Shown here: positions 12,319 through 24,274 of the stretch, in pieces
Layout of the letters: each line of letters begins with the position of its first letter
How positions within the stretch are numbered: the stretch's first letter is position 1
DNA from: Mobula birostris
Taxonomy: Eukaryota
Reading direction: 5' to 3'
DNA: 64,000 nucleotides
Assembly (NCBI RefSeq): GCF_030028105.1
Contig: NC_092401.1
Coordinates: forward strand, 26,340,399 to 26,404,398
The notes under the pieces: generated by a model
What the model saw: only the letters and a program-made list of their open reading frames with translations
What the model was told of the DNA's origin: nothing
Databases searched by the model: none
Program-made: the position numbers and the translations under genes

Positions 12319-13606
12319 CAGACATCCCACCTCTCCCGGAAGATCCGGGAGTCTCCCGCATGTCAATAGTGGCTCCCTGACACCCGGAAATTATATGCAA
12401 TACCCCAGAAATAGATTTTTTTGAGAGGGAGAGGGATAGCGAGCATCCTGATTGGTCTCTCTTTGTGCTAAGAGTGGTCCCCAACCACCGGGCCGTGAGG
12501 AAACAATATGATTTGGTGATATGAAACGATATGAGTCATTTGCACCTTTCCTCATTCCCTGTCACGCACTGTTGAATTTGAACGCACGCGAGGTCATTAT
12601 GCACGCGTCATCCATGTCAGCGCGGGAAGAATATCAACTCCTCGAGCTTGTAAATGACGGCGGGCTGAAAAGTATGTTTGACATAACATCTCTGCTGGCA
12701 TTCTGGATCAAAGTCAAGGCTAAATATCCTGAGGTAGCCACGAAAGCACTGAAAACGTTGCTTCCATTTCCAACATCATATTGCTGCGAAGTGGAATTTT
12801 CTGCAATGAATGCAACAAAAACTAATTTGCAGAATAGACTGGATATAAGGAACCCCCTTCAATTATCGCTGTCTCCCATCACCCCTCGATAGGACCGTCT
12901 TGTTGCAGGAAAACAAGCCCAGGGCTCGCACTGATGTGTTGCAATGAGTTTATATGTTCATGCGGGGAAAATATGCGCTGTGTGTTTAATATCCAAACGT
13001 TACTTAAAATGTTATGATGCTATTGACTTATCACCTATATTCCAGTCGTGATTAACACCCCGCCCCCCCCCCCCCCCCGCCCCTGGTCGGCCGGTCCGCA
13101 AGAATATCGTCAACATTAAACCGGTCTGCGGTTATCAGTTTTCTCTGTGGCCGGGCTTTACGGTCGACCTCAAAAATAATGACAGTGTTGCTCGCTGCAC
13201 TGTTTGCAACAGTGACTTTTCTATTGCCCATGGTGGGTTAAAATGTAAAAGACGTGTTGAGGTGAGTTTAACGGGTGTCATTACAGCATAGCTAACGTTA
13301 TTTAAACTAGCTGGCTGGCTGCTAAGGAGCTGCTCTATTGATGTCCTACGTGATGAGGCCAAACTCCCTGTAGACTTGCTTAAAGTTGTAATAGAATAAA
13401 CATGATAATATAATATAAGTACATATTTTAATATCCCATTTTCTGCATATACCCAACTTGGTTTACAGATTAGACAAAATCACTAAACAAAGTATTACAT
13501 ACACCCTTGGAAGTCGACAGGCGAGGGGTGGGGGCGGTATATGATGTTGCGGGGGAGGTGGGGGTGCTACCTCCCTGAAATGAGTTTTTGCAGGGTGGGA
13601 TGTCTG
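12319..13606 (+). mobile_element. non-autonomous hAT element retaining a BED zinc-finger fragment
   Basis: Perfect 13-bp TIRs CAGACATCCCACC and GGTGGGATGTCTG, flanked by direct repeat GGTATAT. 13148-13261 encodes WPGFTVDLKNNDSVARCTVCNSDFSIAHGGLKCKRRVE, followed by GTGAGT. Confidence 0.8.
12472..13132 (+). mobile_element. hAT Buster/Charlie deletion derivative with transposase C-terminal dimerisation domain
   Basis: Left TIR (G)AGTGGTCCCCAACC. ORF 12521-12892 reads FWIKVKAKYPEVATKALKTLLPFPTSY...LSPITPR, then an in-frame stop, then DRLVAGKQAQGSH*. Right TIR is missing. Confidence 0.9.
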
Positions 13607-14299
13607 GGTATATTTAAAGCAAAGGTTGATACTTTCTTAATTACTAAGGGCATCAAAAGTTACAGGGAGAAGACAGGCGAATGGGATTGAGAGGGGTAAC
13701 ATACTGAATGATGAAATGGCAGAGGAGGCTCGATGGGCCGAATGGTCTAATTCCGCTCCCGTGCCTCATGATCTTGTCCCGCGACAACAGTTTTCTGGAT
13801 CTGAAATCTTCCTTGGGTCTGTGTGTGAGGAGAATCAGAGCTCTCTTTACAACTGGTCCCACCACCCACCCTGCTATCCCACCCGCCACCATTTTAATGG
13901 GAATGAAATTCATGTTACATTCTCACTTCCCATTAGAATTGGATATGGTAGCATTGCGCTTGGGTTACTGGATTAGTAGTCAGAGATCTGGACCATTGAC
14001 GCAAGTTCCAATCCCATCACAGATGCTGGCGAAATTGAATTCAAGCAGTACGCATGTCTGGAAATTGAAGAAGCCGTGTTGGTATTGTTAACCATGAAAG
14101 CACTGAACCGACAAAAAAGCAATTACTGAGTAATGTCCATCAGACAGAGGATTCGGCCATTCGGCCCATTGAGTCTGCTAACCTCATCTGTGTTATGCGC
14201 TGTTGTGTAGCATAAACGTCTATGAACAACACACACAATATGCTGGAATAACTCAACAGGTCAGTCAGCATCAATGGAGAGGAATAAGCTGTCACAGTT

Positions 14300-14670
14300 C
14301 CACAGAACAGGACATTATAATACTGTATTGGCCATGATGTTGTATCAACCTTTTAACGTAAAAGATAGCCTTCCATTTTTCTATTATCTATGTACCTAAC
14401 TAAGTCTCTTAAAGCACCTAATGTATCTATCTCTATCACCACCCAGAAGGGTGTTCCACACACCGACCGTTCTCTGTGTTTTAAAAAAAATCCCTACCTG
14501 ACATTCCACCCCCCCACCCATACTTTCCTCCAATCACCTTAAAATTATGCTCCCTTGTATTAGCCATTTCTGCCCTGGGAAAAAGTCTCTGGGTGTCCAT
14601 TCAGTCTATGCCTGTTATCATCTTGCACACCTCTATCAAGTCACCTCGCATGCTTTCTCACTGCAAAAGG
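14300..14670 (-). mobile_element. CR1 3' fragment
   Basis: CACCTCTATCAAGTCACC (reverse of GDLIEV) and 3' UTR. Confidence 0.75.
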
Positions 14671-15369
14671 CCAAGACCCTTCATCAAGACTCAAATTATT
14701 TATGAACATCTATGATTTGATTTGTATCTTGCTTGTACAGGTACGCCTCCACTGGGGGTGGGTACGATGACCAGAAACAGACACAAGCAGCAAAGCCTTT
14801 CATAAAGTAATTCCAACTCTTAAAGCATCTCTACCATTGTAACTTCAAGATGAGCATAAGAATGCAGCCATGGTGATAACTTCTGTAGCAATCAGCATCT
14901 TTTGAAAGGAGTTGTTGTGTTGCTACTAAAGTACGGAATATAAAGCGTATGATATTTTTATTCCATTACTAAAGCTGGAGTTTTGGCAACTACAACACAT
15001 TCTTCTGTCTGTTAGCTCCACTTCCTTACAAATTGGCTCCTAATTTCAGAGAAGCCATCTGTGATGTGGGAGACAGCAGCTGGGGAGGGAGTGAAGGAGA
15101 CAACGGAATCTCCTTCATTTCTGATTTGAAGTAGGACGCAAAAATATGGGACAGTAAATCAATTTGCTAGAGTTAGAATTAGAGACTGATCTGCTCTCGA
15201 GTTCGTGCTCCTGTTACCATGCTGTAGTCCAAAAGGAGACTATTCAGGCCCCTGAGTCCGTGCTAACTCCTGAGAAAATAATCCCAATGCCATGCTCTCA
15301 TACTTCCTCTTCCTCTGTGCAAATTGTTCTCTCAAATGCTTGCCTAATTCTCTTTCAAAGACACAGATT

Positions 15370-15885
15370 ACACCTTTGCTCTGTCCATACAAGCATGAAA
15401 TTTGTCTTTTTTTGTGCAGCAATACAGTGCACACACAAAATATACTATAAATTACAATGAGAAATGTATATCTGTGCACTATATGAGATAGAGTATGTAC
15501 ATACATATTGCAAAAAAGGTAGTGCAAAAATAGTGAGGTAGTGCTGCTGGGGTTGATTGTCCGTTCAGCAATCAGATAACCAAGGGGAGTAAGCCGTTCC
15601 TGAAATATTGAGAGTGTGTCGTCAGTCTCCTGTACCTCCTCCCTGATGGAAGCAATGAGAAGAGAGCGTGTCCTGGGCGCTGGGGTTCTTAATGATGGAT
15701 ATCACCTTTTTGAGAATTGCCTTTTGAAGATACCCTCAATGCTGGGAAGGCGCATGCCCATGACAGACCTGGCTGAATTTACAACCCTCTGCAGAATTTT
15801 CCGATCCTGTGCAGCGGCCCTCCCCGTACCAGACGGTATTACAACCAGATGGAATGCTTTCTATAGTACATCTGTAGAAATCTGA
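15370..15885 (-). mobile_element. Rex1-type C-terminal fragment
   Basis: Minus ORF contains FYRCTIESIPSGCNTVWYG. Confidence 0.8.
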
Positions 15886-15904
15886 ATATCTGCTTAGGCC
15901 GGCA

Positions 15905-16860
15905 GTGTCATCAGAAACCAATCAGCACCACAATGGGTTAAAAGCTGTCATAGACGTGTGTATCCCCCCACAATATCATTCAAAGTCTTCCCAACCAGAT
16001 ACCCTGGATGAACCATGAGACTGGAATTTGCTGAGGGCCAGATCAGTGGCGATCAGGTCTGGTGATCAAGTGACATGCGAGAGGTGCCGGTACGATCTCC
16101 AGAAAGCCATCTTCCATGTGAAGTGGCAATTCAGGACCAAACTTGAATCATGCAAGAATGCTGGACAGCTGTGGCAGAGTGAAACCGAGCGACATACAAT
16201 AGGTGACAACAAGGCTTCACTCCCAAATGCCTTCTTATGCTCACTTTGACCGTTAAAACATGAAGGCACCTTCGCGGACTCTCACAGTTCTCAATGACCC
16301 TGTGACTTCAGTCACTGAGGCTGACGTGAGAGCATCCTTCATGAGTGGAACAAAAGGAAAGTATTTGGCCCAGGTGGGTACCTCGCCAAGTACTAAGGAC
16401 CTGTGCTGATAAGCTGGCCGGAGTGTTCCCCAGCATCTTTAACTTCCTGCTTCAGCAGTCGGAGGTATTCACCTGCTTCAAGCAGGCTTCATTATAGAGG
16501 TACCTACAAAGAACAGGGTCACCTGCCTCAATGATTATCGTGCACTAGCACTTACATCTACTGGGATGAAGTACTTTGAGAGTTTGGTGATGAACTCCCG
16601 CCTAAGAAGCAACTTGGATCCACTCCAACGTGCCTACTGTCACAACAGGTCAACAGCAGATGCTGTTTCATTGGTTCTTCGCAGAACCCTGGAGCATCCA
16701 AACAGTAAAGATGCATACATCAGGATGCTCTTTATCGACTACAGATTGACATTCAATACAGTACTATCATCAGCTCAAAAACTAATCAATAAGCTTCAAG
16801 AAAATGAATTTCAAAGTTGTGCATGGTGACATAAATGTACTCTGATAATCAATTTTCTTT
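15905..16860 (+). mobile_element. Rex1/Babar LINE internal fragment (linker plus RT N-terminal half), decayed
   Basis: LRARSVAIRSGD...RYDLQKAI; MKYFESLV...LDPLQRAYCHNRSTADAVSLVL...YIRMLFIDY. Confidence 0.88.
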
Positions 16861-17084
16861 GAACTTTGCTAATCTTTGAGCTTTGTTAAGAGAAAGACAA
16901 TCTTTTCCACGGCCCTGACTAATGTTTAAGAACTTTATTTGGTGACAGCTCTATTGCTCTTAGCGAGAGAAAATTGGTTGCCACTGTTACTGCATTACTG
17001 TTCAAGAATAATGCGCTAAGTTTGTTGTGCTTTTGGGTGACGATGGACCAATGGGAAATAATCTCAGGGCATAAAACTGACAAA

Positions 17085-17770
17085 GCAATCCTCATGGAGG
17101 GATCAAAAGTGCAGAGTGAGCAATTTCAAGCTCCTGGGTGCCAATATCTCCGAGGACTTAACCTGAACGCTACATACTGATACAGCTATAAAGAAGGCAA
17201 GACAGTGGCTATATTTCATTTGGAATCTGAGGAAATTTGGTTTGTCAAGTAAAGCGCTTAAAATACTACAGATGTACTGTGGACAGCATTCTGACTGGCT
17301 GCATCACCGTCTAGTATGGGAAGCGGGGACTACTGCACAAGATCAAATTAAGTTGCAGAAATGTGTAAATTAGTCAGCTAGCCTCTGTTGTATCCAAGAC
17401 AACCTCACGGAGCGGTGCCTTAGTAATGTGCTGTCTATTACTAAGTACCTCCACAACCCAGGACATGTCTTCTTTACATTGTTACCATTGGGAAGGAGGT
17501 AAAGAAGCCTGAGACACACTCAACGATTCAAGAACAGCTTCTTCCCTTCTGCCATCCGATTTCTAAATGGACATTGCACCATGAACACCTCCTGACTACT
17601 TTTATTTCTGTTTTTTAACACTAATTTTGAACTGAACTGTTTAATAGACATATACTTTCTGTAATTGAGTCTTTTTTCTATATTTATTTATCATGTATTT
17701 AATTGTACTGCTACCTTAAAGTTAACAAATTTTACGACATATGCCTGTGGTATTAAACCTGATTCTAATT
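17085..17770 (+). mobile_element. Rex1-type C-terminal fragment and tail
   Basis: TACAGATGTACTGTGGACAGCATTCTGACTGGCTGCATCACC (YRCTVDSILTGCIT); ends AAACCTGATTCT. Confidence 0.8.
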
Positions 17771-18274
17771 CTGACCGAGAGTTGAGGAAAGTGTAATCCA
17801 AATCACCATGCTTGGAACTTGTGAGATCTTTCAATGAGGACATCTGTATAAGGGCAAATGCAATCCTACTAACCTTCATCACTGTTGTCAGTCACATTTA
17901 GTTCTACAGAGAATTAGTGTTAGAGATTTCCAGATATGGGCTTTTGGCTTCTTTTCTTGGGAGAGGCTGCATTATGGAGGTCAGGAAAACAAACAATCTG
18001 AGAGTTGGTGAGCGCGAGATTCTGTGGACGCTTGAGATCTTAAGCAACGCACACAGACTGTGGGAGGAACTCAACAAGTCAGGCAGCATCCATGGAAGGG
18101 GATAAATTTCCTTTCCAGTCATGTTGTAGGGTCTCAGCCTGAAACATCAACTTAACAATATGAGGCAGAGATTGAGTGGATAGCCAGAGACTTCCTCAGG
18201 GTGGAAATGGCTAATACCAGGGTGCAGCAGTTTAAGGTGATTGTATTTTCATACAGAGTGGTGGTTGCAGCCCT

Positions 18275-18722
18275 CCATTTTCCTATCATCCATGTGCCTA
18301 TCTAAGAGTATCTTAAATCTCCTGAATGTATCTACCTCCACCTCCATGAATTCCATGTACCCACCACTCTCTGTGTAAAAATACTTAACTCTACATCCTC
18401 CCTATACTTTCTTCCAATCACTTTAAAATTATGTCCCCTCGTATTAGAGATTTCTGCCCTGGGAAAATGTTTTTTAGTTGTCCACTCAGTCTATGCCTCT
18501 TATCATCTTGTGCACCTCTATCAAGTCACCTCTCATCCTCCTTTGCTCCATACAGAAAAGTTCTAGCTCACTCAACCTATCCTCATAAGATTTGCTGTCC
18601 AATCCAGACAGAATCCTGGTAATTCTCCTCTGTACCTTCTCTAAAGATTCCACATCCTCCTTATAATGAGGCGACCAGAACTGATCACAATATTCCAAGT
18701 ATGGGTCTAATGAGAGTTTTTG
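18275..18722 (-). mobile_element. CR1 3' fragment
   Basis: ORF 18486-18698 reads EYCDQFWSPHYKED...RRMRGDLIEV. Confidence 0.85.
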
Positions 18723-18899
18723 GAGCTAATGAAAAATAATATAGACATGGGAAAAACAAGCCCTGGGACATTCCTTCGAAGGAAATTCCACATGGTTTCC
18801 TGACAATCGTCATCCTTCAAGCAGCATCAGTAAAAAAGGTGATCACAATGCTGTCCATTAGAACTTGCTGAGTTCCCTCCATGACAACAGTGACCAGGC

Positions 18900-19182
18900 G
18901 GGGTGCCACAGTATTATAGCGGTTAGCGCAATGCTGTTACAGTTCGGGGAGATTTCAGAGTTCAACTCTGGCATGCGCCGTAAACAGTTTGTATGTTCCT
19001 CCCTGTGAACGCATGGGATTCCTCCAGGTGCTCCGGTTTCCTTCAGTCCAAAGATGTACCGGTTAGTAGGTTAGTTGGTCATTGGAAATTGTCCTGTGGT
19101 TAGGCTAGGGTTAAATCAGTGGGTTGCTGGGGGATATGGCTCACTGGGCCAGAAGAGCCTGTTCTGAGATGTATCTCTAAAT
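18900..19182 (+). mobile_element. V-SINE
   Basis: tRNA-like head, V-domain and a GTATCTCTAAAT tail. Confidence 0.8.
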
Positions 19183-19379
19183 TTAAAAAAATATATAAAT
19201 TGACATCAAAGAGTATTTCTCTGGCTTTAAAGCACATTTGGATTACTTTAAATTATAAAGGGCACCATTATCATACAGCCTTTACCCCTAATGGCTTTAC
19301 CTCCAGTGAACTGAATAACAGTGGAATTGGATCCAGAGGCACGGACAAGCACTCTCCATACCTAACGCCATCTATTATG

Positions 19380-19835
19380 AAGTTCAAAGTAAATTTCTTA
19401 TCAAACTATGCGTGTTTCCAGATGCTGCCTTGAAATTCATTTTATTGCAGGCATTCACCGTAAAACAAAAGATAATAAAATCAGTGAAAAACTACACAGA
19501 AAGATTGGAAAAGCAGCCAATATGCAAAAGACAAACTGTATTACTAAGTAAATAAATATTGAGAACATGAGTTGCAGAGGCCTTGTAGATTGTGGAATCA
19601 GTTCACCGTTGAGGTGAATGAAGCTATCTATGCTTGTTCAGGAGCCTGATGGTTAAAGGATAATAACCGTTTCTTAACCTGGTGTTGTGGGACCTGAGGC
19701 TCCTGTATCTCTTTCCTTATGGCAGCAGTGAGAAGAGAGCATGGCCTGGATGGTGGGGGTTCTTGGTAATGGATGGTGCTTTCCTGAGGCAGAGTTCCTT
19801 GCAGATGTGCTCAGTGGTGGGGAGGGGCTGTGATA
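19380..19835 (-). mobile_element. Rex1-type 3' fragment
   Basis: Minus ORF contains LPTTEHICKELCLRKAPSITKNPHHPGHALFSLLP. Confidence 0.8.
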
Positions 19836-21540
19836 GACAAGGGAGTAGAGTGCTTGCCTTCATTAGGCAGACCAGCAAGCATGAACTCTGTGTAGCCTTG
19901 GGTCCGAAAGTGAAAGCCAGTTCACATACCACTGCATATTAGGCTATGTGCTGATCATAATATTTAAAAAACAACACACACAATAATTGATGTTCTTGAG
20001 TTTTACTAATTTGGTTAAAAAGAACAGAAATTTGCAATTTCCATTTCATGCCCTTTTCTGGTCATGTGCAGTATGCAGCCTCTGAGTGAATTTGTGCCAA
20101 GTGGCATCTAATGGAGAAGCAGACACCATGTGATTCAGAGTTGGAATGGATCAGGAACATGTCAACGTAACCAAACCCACACATTAACTCTTCCAACTCC
20201 TTCACCCTCAGCACATTATTAGTTACCCTCCCCTGTCGATCGCATGAAGAAAATCATTGTTCCTTCCTTTTCAAGACACTGGTTTTAAAGTTCGAAGTAA
20301 CTTTATTTTCAAAGTATGTATCTGTTACCATATACTACCCTGAGATTCATTTTCTTGCAGGCATACACAGGACAAAGAAATACAAAATAATCAATGAAAA
20401 ACTACACAATGTGCAAAAGACAATGTGCAAATACAACAATAATAATAATAAATAAATAAACAAGTAAATAAAAAATACTGGATTCCAGAGTCCTTAAAGA
20501 CGCGGAATCAGTTCAGCATTGAGATGAGTGAAGTTATCTACACTGGTTTAGCTGCTTAATAGTCGAAGGGTAATAACTTCTTCTGTACCTGGTAGCTTGG
20601 AAACTAAGGCTTCTACCTGCCCCCTCTCTCTCCTCCCTCTCAACCTCCCTCACCCCCGCCTCTCTGCCCGCAATTCAGTCACCAGCTTTTGGTCCATCCC
20701 TCGCTGCCACCATTTTATAATGGTTCATGTTTTGCTGTTGTTGTTTTGTTGCTTGTTCTGTTCTGTTTTGTTGTGCTCTATGTCATTCTGCCGAGCACTG
20801 TGGGCATGCTCTGTTGGTGCTGGAATGTGGGGCAGCACTTGTGGGTTGCCACCAGCGCATCCTTGGCTGCGTTGGCTGTTAATGCAAATGATGCATTTCA
20901 CTGTATGTTTCAATGTACATGTGATAAATAAACTTGAATCTTCATTTTCGAATCTTGAAATGCTTTTACATGTATGATGCTTTGAAAGTATTAGAGACGA
21001 GAGCCAACAGCTTTAAATTCCTGGATGTTAACATATTGTGTGGCCTGTCCTGGGCCCAGCATGTAGATGCGATCACAAGGGTCGTGTTCCAGCTTTACTT
21101 TATTAGCAGGTTACGTAATTCCAAAGCGGTACCGGTTAGTAGGTTCTTATTTTGGTCCTTGGTAATGGATGCTGCTTTCTTGTGGCAGTGCTCCACAAAA
21201 ATAATGGGTGGATAATCCTTTCATTTCTTCAGTTGGAATGGAAAGAACAAAGCGTACCAATTAGTAGTCCTGACCGCGGTGCCATGCCAGCTACTAGTCA
21301 TCTGAGTGAGGCGCCGCTGTCATGTGATTGAGGTGAATGAATATTTGGCAAATACTCAATACAGAGAGGTGCAAAATTCTCATAATCCAAGAAGACAGGA
21401 GATCAGAAGAATATTTCTTCTCCCACTGTGCAAGAGTTGGCGAACAGGCTGTAAACCAAGGCAGCTGTAACAGGTTAATTAGTTCCTTTGTCACAAAATA
21501 ACATGCTCTAGGATACCTCTGTGTATGAATCTAGAGGATA

Positions 21541-22059
21541 TACTCAGTGGCCACTTTGTTAGGCAAATGTGTGCACCTGCGCATTAACGCAAATATCTAA
21601 TCAGCCAATCATGTGGCAGCAACTCAATGCACGAAGCCATGCAGACACGGTCAAGAGGTTTAGTTGTTGTTCATCGGAGTGGGGAAGAAATGTGATCTAA
21701 GTGAGTTTGACTGTGGAATGAATATTAGTGCCAGTCAGGGTGGTTTGAGTATCTCAGAAACTATTGATTCCCTGCGATCTTCACGCGCAGCAGTCTGTAG
21801 GGAATGGTGAGAAGAAGAAACACCCAGTGCTGCGGGTAAAAAGACCTTATTAATGAGAGAGGTCAGAGGAGAATGGCCAGACTGGTTCATGCTGATAGAA
21901 AGGTGACAGTAACTCAAATAACAAAATGTTACAGCAATGGAGTGCAGAAGATCATCTCTAAACACACATTGTACCTTGAATGATCTACAGCAGCAAAGGA
22001 CCACTAACATAAAATGGCCACTTTTTAGGTAAAGTACTTAATAAAGTGACCACTCAGTA
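21541..22059 (+). mobile_element. Tc1-derived MITE-like element (about 520 bp)
   Basis: TIRs TACTCAGTGGCCACTTTGTTAGG and TTAATAAAGTGACCACTCAGTA, TA on both flanks, internal HTH relic GAGAGAGGTCAGAGGAGAATGGCCAGACTGG. Confidence 0.85.
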
Positions 22060-22259
22060 TAGGTTTCAAATTTCTCATTTCAATCCAAATGAACAGTCCC
22101 TTACTAAAATAGAGACTAATTGGTTCATCTCTCCTGTACTTTGTCTCCCACTAAAGTTCAGATCCTTACATTTACAACAAACCCATGCTTTTACTCTCTC
22201 CAGGCCATTCAAGTCCGAATATATTATAGTATATTGAAGCCTATTCCTTTAATGCATTC

Positions 22260-22922
22260 GAAGTCAAAGTAAAGTTATTATTAAAGTACATATGTGACAC
22301 CATATGCTACCTTGAGATTCATTTATTTGCAGGCATTTAAAGGAAAAATAAAGAAATGCAATAAAATTTATGAAAAAACTATACATAATAAAGTGAAAAA
22401 TAACCAATATGTAAAAGAGGACAAACTGTTCAAATTGAAATGAAACCCTACTGAGAACATGAGTTGTAGAGTCCTTGAAAGAAAGCCTGTAGGTCATGGA
22501 ATCGGTTCAGAGTTGAGGTGAGTGAAGTTATCCACGCTGGTTCAGGAGCCTGATGGTTGTAAAGTAATACCTGTTCCTGAACCTGGCAGTGTGGGGCCTA
22601 AGGCAAGTACCTCCTCCCAATGGTAGTAGCTAGAATAGGATATGCCCTGGATAGCAGGGGCCCTAGATGACGGGTGCTGCTTTCTTGTGGCACTGATCTT
22701 GTAGATGTGCTCATTGGTGGGGAGGGATTTGCTTGTGATGGACTGGATATCCACCACTTTCTGTAGTCTTCTTTTTGTTTCTGGTTATTGCAGCCAGTTA
22801 AGATACTCTCCACTGTGCATCCGTAGAGGTTTGTAAAAGTTTTAGTTGACGTGCCAAATCAGCGCAACTTCTAAGAAAGTGGAGGTGCTGTCGTGCCTCC
22901 ATTGTGATAGCACCTACATGTA
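22260..22922 (-). mobile_element. Rex1-type 3' fragment
   Basis: ESILTGC...SLPTNEHIYK motifs and tail. Confidence 0.8.
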
Positions 22923-23459
22923 TGTTAATTTATTACCTCTCAAAGAAGTTCCTGAGTACATTCTTTAACAAAGTAGCACACCCACCCAAAATACAATAAT
23001 CCATTAAAGAGCCCACAGGCTCCCAATCATTGTTCCTTCATCAGAATGTTTGAATACAGTTGTTTTCTGCATGATAGAATGTTCCAAACATTTATCACCA
23101 ACTAACTGAAGTGATAAGTTCTAAATTTACTTTTTCACCAATCCCGATTTATAGAGCACTACAGCTCAGAAGCTAAACACAAAATACTCTGCAGGTGCCG
23201 GGGTCAAAGCAACACTCACAATATGCTGGAGGAACTCAGCAGGTCTCGCAGCATCCGTGGAAATGATCAGTCAATGTTTCGGGCTGGAGCCCTTCGTCCT
23301 GAGCTTGTTGTGAGTGTAGCTCAGAAGCTATCCCTATGGCCCACTTAGTTCATGCCAGCCTGATTTTCTGCCTAGTCCCATCTACCTGCACCTCAGACAT
23401 AATCTTCCCTACCTTCTCATCTATGTGCCCATGCAAACCTCTCTTAAAAGTTGCTCCTC

Positions 23460-23648
23460 CCGTGGAGGGTCAGACACTCTGAGTCAATAGGCTGGTCCTG
23501 GACTTATTTCCATCTGGCATAGCTTGCATATTGTTGTTTGATTGTTTGTGGTTTTTGTATTGCTATATTTATGCTCTATTCTTGGTTGGTGCAGCTGTAA
23601 TGAAACTCAATTTCCCTCGGGATCAATAAAGTATATCTATGTCTATGT
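23460..23648 (+). mobile_element. Rex-Babar-type 3' end
   Basis: AATTTCCCTCGGGATCAATAAAGTATATCTATGTCTATG tail; inserted into a minus-strand CR1 3' UTR. Confidence 0.6.
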
Positions 23649-23715
23649 AATTGAACCTACATCTACCACTTTGGCTGGGAATTACTGGTCCCTTTGGTGA
23701 TGCACACGTTCTTAT

Positions 23716-24150
23716 GTGGTTTCTTGCCTCCCGGGTGCCAGGGTCAGGGATGTCCCTGATCGCGTGCACAGCGTTCTGAAGTGGGGGGCTGATCAGCCAG
23801 ATGTCATGGTACACATCGGTACCAATGACATAGCAAGGAAGAGTGAGGAGGTCCTGAAGAGTGAATATAGAGGGCTTGGTAGGAAGTTAAAAAGCAGGAC
23901 CTCGAGGGTGGTAATCTCAGGTGTGCTACCTGTGCCACGTGCCAGTGAGGGTAAGAATAGGATGCTCTGGCGGATGAACATGTGGCTGAGGAGCTGGTGT
24001 AGGGGGCAGGGTTCCAGATTTCAGGATCATTGGGACCTCTTCTGGGGCAGGTGGGACCTGTACAAGAGAGACGGGTTACACCTGAACTACAAGGGGACCA
24101 ATATCCTTGCAGGGAGGTTTGTTAGTGCTGTTGGGGAGGGTTTAAACTAG
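23716..24150 (+). pseudogene. CR1 ORF1 SGNH/GDSL esterase domain (5'-truncated, open)
   Basis: CLPGARV...VHIGTND...ISGVLPVPR...RDGLHLN are SGNH blocks II, III and V. Confidence 0.9.
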
Positions 24151-24274
24151 ATTTGCAGGGGGATGAGAACCAGAGTGCCAGAGCTGACAGTGGAGCAGGG
24201 GTGAAAATAAATGATGTTAAAAGTTCATGCAAAGTCACAAATTAGAAGGGTTGTGTGTGATGGTAATAATCTTC

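Larger units (their letters stand above)
11845..13770 (+). mobile_element. CR1 3' fragment hosting nested DNA transposons
   Basis: CR1 sequence reads through when the inserts are removed: ...GCCAATTCATTCGGTATAT | TTAAAGCAAAGGTTGAT... Confidence 0.85.

Noticed and set aside
13058-13083. Long C/G homopolymers (also about 34372-34393 and 39720-39745)
   Set aside because: Simple slippage tracts inside repeats; their length may be an assembly artefact.
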